NCBI RefSeq assembly: GCF_036321535.1 | Contig: NC_087436.1 | Span: 5,704,001-5,768,000 of the forward strand | DNA length: 64,000 nucleotides | Origin: Camelus dromedarius | Lineage: Eukaryota | Direction: 5' to 3' | Shown here: positions 37,841 through 51,190 of the stretch, piece by piece | Position numbering within the stretch: the first letter of the stretch is position 1 | How the letters are laid out: the number at the start of each line of letters is the position of its first letter | Program-made: the position numbers and the translations under genes | The notes under the pieces: model-generated | Told to the model about the DNA's origin: nothing | Database searches by the model: none | Seen by the model: the letters and a program-made list of their open reading frames with translations, nothing else

Positions 37841-39799
37841 ATGAGCAATCATAAAATTTCATATAATTTCGGATTCAGTACAAAAATATGTATAGTATAA
37901 AATTTATACTTTAAATTCCACATTTTCCCAAAAATATTTAATAAAATTAATAGTACTCGAAGGCTTTGCCATTTAATGTATTCACAACTTTGTAGAATTT
38001 CAGCATGTGGTCATTTGGCCTGATTTGTGAAAATCCTCCCTGTTTCTAGGCCCAGCCCTCAGAAGCTGTGCGAAACCGGGCAATTTATTTAATAGATGTG
38101 AACCTTACACTTCTCAATGGACAGAGACAAATACTCTTCCTTTGCCATAATACTGTAAATATTGTGCTAGATTGCAGTGAATTTAAGTATTTTTCCAAAA
38201 AGTTAAAATCATGACTCGTATGAAAAATAAAGTGAACTCTTATCAAAAATTGTATTCAACTCATTAATTATAAGAAAGGTGCTATAAATGACCCAAAGAA
38301 CATTTGAGAATTACGTATTTGCTGACAACTTCACAAAGAAGTGCCAGACAGGAGTTAGATACAAAACTATTACTGTCTGATAGAACTATCCACTCTAACT
38401 TCTGGAATTACAGTTTCACCAGACAGAAACAATTTGTTGACTGAACAGACAGAAGTCTACAACTTCTGCCTCGATAGATTTTTTTCTAAATCACCCCATC
38501 TGTAGAAAGTTAAGCTGAGCAGTGCAGTGGGAACCACCCAGTAATCTCTTCTGCCTGTTTCCAATTTTCAGGTCAGTCAAAGAGTGAATGAGAATTAGGG
38601 AAGGAACCATATGGATAACAATGTAGATGTCATATTTTAAATGAAGAGGGGGAAAGAGTAAGTATCATGTTTTAAAAATTAAATTTTTACTATTATCAGA
38701 CAACTAATGTCAACTTTATATTTGAGAAATTTTTAAGATTTTCACCATTGTTCAGATCATAAAACTGAGACCTAGAATATAACATATTTTTAAAAAAATT
38801 CCCTTTCCCATTAGCTTTAAAATGTGTTTAAATATAATCATCTTAAAAGTAAAATAATACCTTTCTTGTGTCTTTACCTCTTCTTTCAGCTACTGCCCTG
38901 AGTTTTGTATCATATCTTACTTTTGGCCTTGGAACCAGAGTACATGAAGATTTGGATTTATGCAATTTGTCTCCCAAGGATCTAACTTTTAAGGAGTCAT
39001 TATAAAGGGAAAGAAGAGAGAAGAACTTGCTTTTGTGGAAAAAACTCAGAATTGCTATCTTTAGGGCTGAGTTGAAGGAGCTACACATTAATTTATGGTT
39101 GATAGTAGTAGCCATCTGTTTCGTGATGAATTTTGTTGGTGGTGCTATTTTGTGTTATTTCTTTTCATATGTTTGTTTTAAGCAATTCTCAGTAGCCTAG
39201 GAGAGGTCTTAACCAAGGCAAACAGTTGTAACAGGAAAGGAGGAGAAAAAAAATTGCAAGGACAAAGTTAAATCGGTATGCTTAAATGCTGACAGTCTGT
39301 TGGCTTCAGTTACTATCTTTTTAATTTGAAAATGGATTATCTGCTCAGTGAGGAGTTGCTGGTAGAATTGGAGATTTCAGACAAAACTAAATTCTTTCGA
39401 GTCTGAGCCCAGTGCCCTCCTTGCCTCTCAGGGATCTCTCTCTTCTTGTGAGTATTTTGAACCAAGATCATAGAACCAATACAAGACTCCAAGGAAGACT
39501 TCTTTTCAAGGGAGTTCAAAGAAAGAGGAGACGGAGAGGAAATGAAAGACTTAGTCCAAGAGTTGGAAGTAGAACCAGGGAAATCAAAGCAGAAGAATTT
39601 TAAGGTGTAGAGGTGGCAAGACACCGGCTGCAGACAGTTAATGTAGGAGGAGTGACGTGCGTTTTGACTGAGAGGATGTTCTTAGCAAGAGCAGTTTTTG
39701 CGGCAGTGGGAGAAGATAATAGATTCTTAAAATTTGAGAAGAGAAGAATGCAAATAAAATTAGACAGTGCTTTTTAACTGCTCTTTTCAAAATATTAAC

Positions 39800-40400
39800 A
39801 ATAAATATCTACAGTAGAAATACAAAATATTTAAATTTAAGAGTTTTTTGAGTATTGATAAAAAAGCATGAACACATCATTAAACATGGGCAAAGTACTT
39901 GAACAGGAAATACAAATGGCCAATAATTATTTAAGAACATTATCCCACCACAGAAATAACACTTAATGAAACAGAAACAAAAATATCATTATTGCTTTAT
40001 AAAATTGTTAAAGATATAAAAATAGTAAAAGTTTTAAATATCACTTGTTGAATGTTAATACTTCTACAGAAGTATAAAAGGCAACTTGAAATGTATAGCA
40101 AAATTCTAAGTGGTTTTGGTTAATTTTACTTTTTAGATTTTTAGCTAAGACTAAGAGATGAGTTACTCAAAAATTTTATTTATATGCTACAAGGATGTTT
40201 GTCATCACAGGTTCATGCATAATAATGAACAGTTGGGAATGAGTGAAATATCTAAAAATTGGGCATTGGCAAATTACAGTATGTCTATGTAACAGAATAT
40301 TTAGTACCCACTGCAATTATGCCTTTAAAAGACTATTTAGTGAAATGGAAAATTTCAAAGTTTGTTAGCTTTTTTAAAAGCTTCAAAGCAATTATGATGT
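39800..40400 (+). mobile_element. Highly diverged L1ME 3' fragment
   Basis: AAACATGGGCAAAGTACTTGAACAGG..AAATACAAATGGCCAATAA...GCTACAAGGATGTTT. Confidence 0.6.
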
Positions 40401-41261
40401 TTTGCCTTTTGGCAACCAAATGAACATACATACAGCCTCTGACAGCACACATTAATTAGAGGTACTTCATACAAATTTTCAACTTTTAATCAGTATTAAC
40501 TTTGTACCTATAAAAAGCTACAATTTGCAGTGAAGGAAAGAATGAATTTAGCATGGCAGATTAAATGAAGATTTAGGGAAATTTTATTTTTCAGGTGGTG
40601 TCATCTGGGTATCTTTGTAGGCAGATGGGAAATAATGAGTGGAGAATGACAGTGGAAGACACAGAAATGTATGTATTTCATGTGCTTAAAGGCAACCACA
40701 ATTTTATCTTTTCACTGATCATTGATATTTTTCTCCATACTAAAAGATACATTAACTCCTTTCATTACTTTCTCAGAAATAACTCCTTTGCAATTTCTGT
40801 TTCTCTGCTTAACGTCTTCTACAGCCATTCTTCAACAATCAAACTGAAGACATCCTGAATTCAGATTCAAATTGTGTTAGACTAAGGCAAAAACAGACCA
40901 ACCTCTCTAATAACTGTAAGAAATCTTCTCAGCAGTAGAACCTAACCTTATGCTGGACCTCTTGTCACCGTTAGACATTAAATAATTATGCAATGTGACC
41001 TGACTGATTAGGTTTAATTTTTGATTTGCTGTTGGTATTAGAATAATGCCGTATGCTCCCAAATGCTGAAATAATGCAGATATAAAACATGATCTTACTT
41101 TTCATATGTAATTATTTCATGACTTCAATTATGCCATGGATCAGACCGTGTAACTGGGTGCCCAGTACCTGCTACAACTTATGTTCTGCAAGATTTTAGC
41201 TAGTTGTGTGATCTGGGTAATGCCTCAATTTCAATGATCTCCTTTGATAAAGAGGGAATTA

Positions 41262-41452
41262 GGTTAGAGGAAACTTAATGTGTATCAGAATCCCCAGGGA
41301 GCTTATTATTAAAATAGAAATTTCTGGGCTCCACACTCAGAGTGTTCAGATCAGTGTGTTTTGAGTTGTGTCCTGAAAACGTGCATTTATGACAATTCCC
41401 CAGGTGGTGCTTTTGCTGCTACTCTAGGGACCATACTTTGAGAACCACTGAG
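41262..41452. mobile_element. MER5A MITE
   Basis: GTATCAGAATCCCCAGGGAGCTT...TTTCTGGGCTCCAC...TTCCCCAGGTGGTGC...GGGACCATACTTTGAGAACCACTG. Confidence 0.85.
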
Positions 41453-41865
41453 TTTGTTAACTTTTAGAATGTTCTAGTCAAAAAAACCCCCAAAACTCAA
41501 TAAATCCACATGCTTATTGTGGAGCACAAACATAGTACAGCAAGTTGAAACATTTTAGTCTTATTGACACAGTTGGACCAATCTCCTAAATCCTTCTTAT
41601 GCCAGATTTGCATCATTTCTATGTATTATTTCCTGCAACTGGATCAGGAAAGTATTTCACACAGAAAGAGAAGGAAATATCAATAACAATTGACTTTGGG
41701 CAAATCACTAGAAAACTGTGTACCAAACAAATAAAAAATTTTAATGCCATGTATTTCTGTTTTGGCAGAGCTTACCACAATGCTTACCATGTAGTTGTGA
41801 CTCCAGATTGCTTTTTGTGGTGTTGGGTAGATTTGGTATGTCTTATTTTAGCTGTAGATTTTTGT

Positions 41866-41990
41866 AATTGAAGTATAGTTGATTTATAATGTTGTGTTAG
41901 TTTCTGGTATATGGAATAGTGATTCATTTACACATACATATACAATTCTTTTTCATGTTCTTTTTCTTTATACATTGTTACAAGCTGTTG
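41866..41990 (-). mobile_element. L1 3'-end fragment
   Basis: AATTGAAGTATAGTTGATTTATAATGTTGTGTTAGTTTCTGGTATA...AGTGATTCA. Confidence 0.8.
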
Positions 41991-44900
41991 ATAGTTGTAG
42001 TTTTTCACATTTTTTTGTGATTTTAATAATGGGATAGTAAAAGTTCCTCCTGCTAATTTTTTGCTCAAATAACACATATCTGTCTATCCATCTATCTACC
42101 TATACATTAGGATATAGCCTTGCCAAGCGTCCTTTTAAATTACTAAAAATGTCTTCACAAAAATTTCTTTTCTTATTTCCATTTTCTTCTCATCTTAATT
42201 AACATATTTATTTGCATATTTAAAAATAATGAAAACATACTGAAATTGACAGAATAAACATCTGAGCTGTGGAAAAGATATACAATGAAAAAGATTGAAA
42301 GTCTTTTACTTATTTACACACATCAAAATGAAAATCAAAACCAATCCAAGAGCTAGGATAGTCAAAAAGAAACAAAAGAAGCAAGCAGAAAACACAGGAA
42401 AGACCTCTGCCCCAGGGAGGAGGCAAAAGTGAACAGAAGGTCGTTTAGGCAGCTAAATGGTGGTTCCTGGCTCAGAAATGGCTTTCTTTGTATCAGCAGG
42501 GACTGAAAGGTCATTTTAACATACCTTTACTTTAAAACTAATCACATTTCACTCGGTAGGGAATAAAGACCAAACACCAGCAACAATGATGCATCATGGG
42601 GAACCATTTCAGAACTGTTCAGTAAATAAAACTCAGCTCCCCAGAGCACTTCTGAGCCAAGTGGGGTTTGAAATATCTCTCCACGGGATATATTCATCAT
42701 CTAGGTTTCCCACTCAAATGCCAGTGCATAATGGAATATCCTAACATACCCTGCAGGGAAAAAGAAAGGGCAGCTTTCTCTTTACACGATTTTCAAAGAA
42801 CCATGTGGAATTGGAATGGTGTGAGTCTGCTGAGAAGAAACAAAAGGCAGGTGGCTTGAGCACAGAGCTGCAGTTAGGAAATGAAGAGGCTGATGTTCAT
42901 CTTCATATAAGCATTGGCGAGAGGATTTGTGCAGACTTCAGATCTACAACACAGGGAGGAAACGCAATACCGAGGACAGAGAAATAGAAAAATCAAGCAG
43001 TGTTCAACTTTTTTATATACCTATCTTAATGCAAAAACCAGAGATTTGACAAGAGCTGTCTAAGTGTTTTCTGTGGTATGATTGCCCCTAATTTGCAGTT
43101 GACATTACATTTTAGGATAAGTGTCTGTTATCAGAAAGGACTCTTTTGAAAAGTTTAGGAAAATAATCATCTCGACCATTGGCATTTCCTTCAATCATTT
43201 TCCACTTCAATTTTAAATTAATGTTCCACTCTTTCTGCTCATAAGTTGCAATACGGAAAAAAAGGTTAAAATGATTTAGATCAGCTATTGTTTTCTCCAC
43301 AATATTTTTTTCAAAACTCAAATAAATACAGTGTTTATACACAAAGGCTGCCAATTGCAAATTTCATTCCAGTGTGACTTTCATGAGCATTGAGTTCGGT
43401 TATATTTAAGGAGATCAAAAGGTCCTCTGTTTTGAAAAACGTGATCCACGAATTGCTGCAGCATTACCCAGGAGCTTGTTAAGGTAAGCATCTGTGTTTT
43501 AACAAGACCTTGGGTACATATGCACATTAAAGTTTTAGAAACTTTGCGTTGTGTAACTGACTTACAAAAACGAACTAGGGAAAGGTAGCACTGGGGTTTA
43601 GAATCAAGTTTTTTTGGGGGGAGTGGGTTGTAACTTATGGTGTTATCTGTATATGATATCAAATAAATTCACTGGTATATTGTATGTATGTGTATATTGA
43701 CTTATTGCAACTTTGTAGTACATTCATGGGCATAAAGAATCAAATTCTAAATGATTATCTGGATTGTGACTTTACAAATAATACAAGAAATATTACAAGA
43801 TAATACTACTAATTTTCATATTTTGAGAACATAATTAAGTTGTTGAAAATGATTATTTTTTCATTTGTTCAACTCTAATCCAGTATTCTTTTTAAAGATC
43901 CAAGTTAAATTATAAATTTAACATTAAATTTATAAATCAAAAATTAGTTTGGATTATGGAGAAGTGTGGTGTTCTAAATGTGTTATTTTTTTCCTCTTCC
44001 TACATTGGTCTTTGGTCTTTAAAATGTGGTCATCTTACACTGTCTCAGCACTGAAAACTGAAGACATTTTTGGCTTTTAAGTTTTCTGTTTTACGGGGAA
44101 ACCACTGGACTCTACTGTATGATTTAAATAACTGAAGGGCCATCTCTGTTTTCAAACAATGTTGGCCACACATAATAGAATGAATAATATGGGGAGAATG
44201 CTGATATCTGCAATAGAGACACCTTTTTGTATTTAGAATGCCATAGAATTATTGTGCTTTCTGTCATATGCACAAAGAATTTTCCCCATTGTTTTGTTTT
44301 TATTGACAGTGAGATGCAGGATTCTTATTTTAGTAAGGATATAAAACAATTAGCATCTTTTAATTCTACTCTGCTTATGAAGCATAATAATAATCGAACA
44401 ATGAAACACGAGAATTCCATTTGCATGTATTGGACCAGTTTAGAGAAATGATGCTAACCATGCCAAACCAAATCCTGAATATTTCCCGTGATGTGGCATA
44501 ACTTTTCCCTGTAATATTACCATTATTGCAACAACCATAGTGACAATAAAATCTCAGTTTATTTTTTTTCTGATTTTCAAGGGCTAGGTGAGACTTCTGA
44601 TACTTTGTAAAAGGGGTCTGGAAGGGTTTTTGCTTGAAACTGAATCAGTTCTCCTCATCTAACTCCAGTCCTCCTCCGATGAGTGGAGCAGTTTCTGGGG
44701 AAGCCTGTCAGGGCTGTGAGGTGTGGGAAAAGCCTCCGGCACCACCAGAGTCTCACCAGAGGAAACAGGCACTGGTCCCACTCCTTCCCGGGCCTCAGGC
44801 AGCTTGGTGATCTGCAGTGAAGAGGTTTGCAGACACAGTGGGATTTGAACAGAGTCTGCAGAGAGCTTGGTGCCCTGACTTGCACAGATGCAGAGGGAAG

Positions 44901-47900
44901 ATGGCAGCGACAGCTGGGGTCAGTGTCCCTGGGGACACCCTGTGGTCCCTGAGCTCAGAGCAGCTGCTGAGAGTTTGACTCTGTGCCTGGACCTTCCCTG
45001 TTCCTGACACTGATGGAGCAGTTTCATCTGAACTTTGGGAGAATTATGAGGTCAGAGCGTAAGTTCACACCTGCTGTTATTTTGGATAAAGCCAAACATA
45101 AACCTGAATTTGACATCATAAATAGGTAAAGAAAAATAACTGTTCGGCTGGGAGTACTCAGGAACTGGAAACAGGAACAAAACCCAAAACAGCCAGTTCC
45201 TAGGGGTTTGGATTTGCTGGAGGAGGTAGGCTATAACTTGATTAATAAGCAAAGAAACTATTCTAGGAGATTTGAACATAGCTACCAAGACTATTGGGAA
45301 ACTAAATATTCCATAATGTTTTTTAATATGAAAATTTTAGCGACGATGTAAAGAACTAAAGTTTCACAGTTGAGACCTGGGAAAAGTAATCTTGAAGATA
45401 AAATAGAACAAATGGCTTGAACAGAGCAAAATGCAAAGGAATGGAATTCATGACAGAAAAAGACATGGACTTGGAAAATAGATGCATACAAATTCAAAAG
45501 AAAAGGATAGGAAAATGGAAGGAGGAAAAATAAAAATTGAAGGAGAGAGAAATTTCATCTTCAGCAGGATTGATGCTTATCCGGGTGAAATTCAGGAAGT
45601 CCGTGATTAAGGAGCTCATGTTCTAAGCTTTCAGAGGAAGGGAGCTAGTTACAAGGGAAACAAAGAATGAATTTTGCACCAGGCAACACTGGGAGCTGGG
45701 ATACTGTGGGATCACAGAGGACTGACAGGCAAAGGCTGCCCACCTGGAATCCTGTTCCAGCCAGGGTACCACTGATCAGCCAGCGTGAAGTAGATACAGG
45801 TTTGCTTGTAGAGGGTTTTTCAGACTATACCATCCACCAAAGGAAACAGACAAACAGTATAAACATAATAAACTAATCAAGACTCTCTAAGGTGGTACAG
45901 AGGAAACAGGGAAGAAATGCTGGTGAACAATGAGTGTATGGGTTGTCATAGCGACCAGAAGGGTTTAACGATATGTCATGTCACAGGAGGATTCTCGTAG
46001 ATGGAACACAATGCAGGGAATGTGGTAATGGAAAGCAAAGGATGAAGTCCCTGCTGCGAAAGCATAACCTGGGGGCAAAATTGGAGAAGTTAAATGTATT
46101 CCAAGCGGGAATCTGGAGAATAGAGCTCTTTGGTGAGTCAACATTTTTTGCATTTATACAGTATTTTTTTTGGAATGTTTATACAATAATAGTGTACATT
46201 TGCACTTATACAATAACAGTTTTTTTTGTGTTCATACAATAATAGTGATATATTCATTAATTCTTTAAATGGATTGTCTACTAAGTGCAGGTGCTTGGAT
46301 TACATTATTAACAGAAAGACGATAATACTGGCATTCGGTCTGTATTTGGTGATGGTAGAGCATTTGATTATGATGCAGGGTAAACATTAATGGAATTACA
46401 AAAAAAAAAGAAGAAGTCCCACATTCACATGAGAGGATAAAAAAGGAACAGTAATTTGATTAACTTTAAAAACTAAAACAACAGTAAAAAGGGAAATTGA
46501 CAAAATTAGAAAAAAATAAAATCTGCATTATAAAGTGTACATTGCATAAAAAGATGGTGAATCCTTATATTGAAAATACTGGTTCATATTCAACTTTTTC
46601 CTATGTTGTGTTTACAGGAATAAACTTGGTGAAAATTTATAGGTAAATACACTTAGAATTTGCCACCTCTGCCCATGTACAATATACTTCGATGAAAGTG
46701 AATTTTAAAACACACAGAGACAAATGATAAAATGGTCGTAGAACTGTCTACCTTACTCTTCCATTCTCACATTTATTGTTAGATATTTGGATTGTCTTGT
46801 GTGCTGTGTGTGTGCACCCATGCATGTCATGGGCATCTTCGTCCAGAAATCTTTGAGCCAATCTTAGGTGATTTCCCAAAGCACAAATTGGTTTCAGTTG
46901 ACTCTAGGAGGAAAGTTTGAGTGCATCACATAGAAACAAGAGGTCTGTAAAATACATCAAGGGTTGTTCCAAGAACATTTTCTGAGACAAACCTTCATGA
47001 GAAGTCTTCCATTTCTTTCTGGCTTTTCTTGTTTTGTCCCAAATAAAAAGCCTTCTCTAGAAAACTGTCTGAGGCCCTGGATCAGAATGATGGAAGTCCC
47101 TCTCAGGGATACGGTTGTCAGAGGTCCTTGAGCAACTCAATGGCAACAAACAAACTCTTACACAGTGGGGTGAGGGAAGAAACAAGGACAAGGAAGTCTT
47201 GAAGGAGCTGTTCACTGTTGTACAGACAAGTCCACAGTCACCCACACACGGAACCCCACCCCAAGCAGGGGACACCCCCAGGAATGACAGAGTGGGTTTC
47301 CACGAGGGAAAATCTGCAGAAACCGACATGAAAAGGCTGACTTTCCACAGGAGCATATGTGCAATGAATTTGATGAATGTGTTGCATCCAGCATCTTTTG
47401 GGCTAGCTCCTGAAGACTCAAATCAAATTATTTCACCATGAATGAGTGTCATGTCCAAAGGAAATCACAATTGCAGGTTGACAGGAATATTCCTTTAAAG
47501 CATTTACAAGTATTTCCCTCATTTCCAATTGAATAGAAAACAGAATCTGGTGAAGATAATAACCATTTCTCTTAAGGAGACTGGATTCTTTGACGCCAGG
47601 ACCAAAATCATTATATACTTGTAAAAACTCCTTCACGTAAATGCTTAATAATTATTCCTTGCGCTTCATTATCTATTTTCACAACTTTATGCAGTCTCGC
47701 TCAAAGCTCTTGGAAGAACAGTCATTCAATGCTATTTCAAAACAAACCTAAAGGGCAAATTTATTTGAAGAGCAGAATATTTCCTTAAAATCTATTCATC
47801 GATTGAGTAATTGCACACTCTAGACTAGGGCACAGAATTGTCAGTAAACCTTTACGGGGTAATATATAAAAACAGAGAAGACCTCGGTTACTGCCGGGGT

Positions 47901-48094
47901 TGCTCTGCTAGTTGGCCAGACGTGGTCCTGACCACATCTCTCTCCTGACCTTCAGGGAAGTGTATCAGATCTCATCGTGGACTTTTCCACGCTTACCTCA
48001 AGTTAAACCAGGGTTTCCAAATCTCGGCACTGTTGACGTTTTGGGCAACTATTAATTTTTTTTGGTTTTCTCTAAGTGTATTTTTTAAAATTCT

Positions 48095-48177
48095 TTTTTT
48101 ATTGAAGTGTAGTCGATTTACAATGTTAGTTTCAGGTGTACAGCAAAGTGATTCAGTTATACATGTACATACATATC
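48095..48177 (-). mobile_element. L1 3'-end fragment, adjacent to a MER20-like left end at ~48009
   Basis: TTTTTTTATTGAAGTGTAGTCGATTTACAATGTTAGTTTCAGGTGTACAGCAAAGTGATTCAG. Confidence 0.8.
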
Positions 48178-49329
48178 CACTTCATGACAGGACAGATGAA
48201 CCGGAGAGGCAGTGCTGGTGAACAACGATGTACCGTAGGTGGATTATCATAAAGGACCGGAAGGGTCACTTAAGGATGCTTGATGTGGATGGACCATAAT
48301 TCAAGGAAAAACATAGCATTGAAGTTCCAAGTGTAAAGTTTTCTCATCCAAACATCATCTGGTGGGTGACAGACATGGGGGATTAAAAAAAGCACTCAGA
48401 AAAACAATCAGGAGAAGGGAACGTTTGCGCGAGGCAAAAATTTTTTTGCCGTATATCATAGCATGAACGATTACACTATTTCATTCAGCTCCATAATATA
48501 ATAATATAATGCTAACTGTAGTTTTCAAAGCCAGCTTTAGCTGTCTACTCTCTCTGAGCAGACCGACATCTGTCTCCCTGGACGGGTCACTGTGTTGTCC
48601 AACTCCGAGGAAGCCCCTCCCCGCACGTCACAGTCTAAGATGATGGCTCGCCCTGGAGAGGTAGGTTGCAGCCTTGCCACCCCCAACCCACCACATCCCG
48701 GTGCTTCTGTGGGTCAGTGCAGAACTCTGCCAAGTAACGTGTGTGCTCCCAGTTTTGCAACTCGCTCATCCATACTACACCTTACGGGGAGAATAATCTT
48801 GGTTTTTGTCCTTCTGAGGTGTATCATACATACCATACATGCAAAACCATCTGTGTACAGAGTAAAGGATAGTTACGAAGACAACTCCATCAGAAGCATC
48901 ACCCATGTCAAGAAACAGGACACTGCGACCTCTTCGTGTTACCTCTGGTGCCTCTTTCTTATGATTCAGTTCCTCCTTTTCTCAAGGTTATGTTATCCTG
49001 ACTATAATAACATCTGTGCTAGACATGCTTATGACTAAATCCTCATGTCTTCATTTCTAAGCAATATGAAAATATCTTCAATGTGTATCGTCATCATACG
49101 GGACCTTGGGTAGTTTTGTTTTCCATTTCACCTACGTTTAAAAAGCAGTAACATAAAGGTCTATTTTTCAAATATCAGTATCACTGTCCTCTTTTACATT
49201 CCTGATATGTTTTGTGCTTTTATACCTTTTGTGATCCATTTTAGCTAGATTTCTTTTCAGTTTCTCTGTTGCTTCATGAAACTACATTTTTAATTCATTG
49301 ACCTTCTCTATTTTGTTTAGTTTCTATTA

Positions 49330-51190
49330 CATCCTTTTTTTACAGAGATGATTTATGTTAGGATAGTCTCAGATGTACAGGTTTATTGTGAAGATAGTAC
49401 AGAGAGCCAAGATAAGTTCTCTCACATCCCATACCATACCCAGTTTCCTCCACTATTAACATCTCACATTTGTAGGATGCATTTGTCACAGTAAATACAT
49501 CAATACTGATGCATTATTATTAACTAAAGTCCACACTTTCTTCAGATGTCCCTGGTGCTCCCCGATGTCCTTCTTCTGTTTCAGCATCCCACTCAGGAAC
49601 ATGTTATGCCTACTTCTTGTGTGTCCTTCGGTTCCATGTGCTTGTGACTTTTTCTCATACTCCTTGATCTAATGACCTTCATGGCTTTGGAGATGACTGA
49701 TCAAATATTTTGTAAACTGGTCTTCAAATGAGATTTGTCTCATGATTAGACGGGGGTAATGTGTTGGGGGGGAGAAAGGCCGTGCAGAGAGGTGAGATGT
49801 CCTTCTATCACAAATGATCACGAGATGTTCTATCAAGAGGACTTATTACCGCTGGTTTAACCTTGATCACCTGGCTTGAGGCTGCAGTTGTCAGTTTCCT
49901 CCTCTTTAAAGTTACTCTTGTTCCCCCTCCATTCCATACTCTTTGGAAGAAAATCACAGTGCATTCATGAAGTGGGTATACTCAAGGGCGAAAGATCTAC
50001 TTCAATTATTTGGAAATCTTGCTCACAGAATTCTCCTTCACTTATTTGTCATTAGTAGAATTTTCTTCCCATTTATTTATTTATCCAATCATTTACTACT
50101 TATATCAATATGGACTCATGGATATTTACTTTATACTTTGGGTTATGATCAGTTTATTTTGTTGCTCAAATTGTCCCAGCTTTGGCCACTGGGAGTTTTC
50201 AGTTGGGTCTCATGTCGTTTTGACACACTCGCATCATTGTGGAGGGGCATGTGTGTGCATGTGAATGTATGTGTGTGTGTGAATACTTTATTACTTTATG
50301 ACACCACCGTATCTTCCAGGCTTAACTTGTTTGTATCCTGCCCAGCCCTAGAACCATCATTTTTCTAAGGAGCCTTGATATCATATATTGGAGAATGATA
50401 TTAAAAACCAAGATCTGGGTGCTAGGTGTCCCTGTAGACATCAGAGTGTTTTTTCTTCTAGTCCCACTTAACGAACAGATGTTGGAAATATGTGTGTGTA
50501 CACTAAGCTGTGTATATATGTGCATCATTATTTCTATATGTGTATTCTCTGTGTATATTAACTAAACGTGATTTCATACTGAAGCCTCTTACTATGCTGT
50601 TACTACATAGATTGGTCTGGCTTCCTCCTTGCTTGTATGTAACCACCCACTCCATTGATAAGAACCCAGGTCCCACCACCAGTCATCTGTTCACGTTTAT
50701 CTTCAGTACACATGCAGGTTGGTTTTGAAAGTGTTAACTTGTAGCCCCGTGGGAAAGCGCTTCATCAGTAGAGTATGGTGCTCACATGTAGTTCTTTTTG
50801 TCTTTATGTTACAGATGCCACTCATTCCCAAAGTTATATTCTACCTGCTTCAGTGAGGTTGTTTCATCTATCTGTGATACGTTTTGATTCTTTTGGTCAC
50901 ATTTTGCCTTCTGTCTTGGGATCCCTAAATCTCCTAAATAATTATATTAAAATTTGCATATATATCAAGCTGAACACATTCTGCACAGCAAAGGAAATCA
51001 TCAACAAAAATGAAAAAGCAACCCATGGAATGGGATAAAATATTTGCAAACCTTGAAGCAATAGGATTTACTCTATGTACTGTAAATTCAGTAGGTTTTG
51101 ACCAATGTTCAGTGTCTTTTATTTATCATTATAATATCATATAGGTGAATTTTACTGTCCTAGAAACTCCATGTGTTTCACCTATTCAAC
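49330..51190 (-). mobile_element. Old L1MC-type 3'UTR region, with a + strand L1 ORF2 piece at ~50960-51052
   Basis: GTGAAGATAGTACAGAGAG...CCAGTTTCCTCCACTATTAACATCT...CAATACTGATGCATTATTATTAACTAAAGTCCA and TATTAAAAACCAAGATCTGGGTGCTAGGTGT. Confidence 0.8.
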
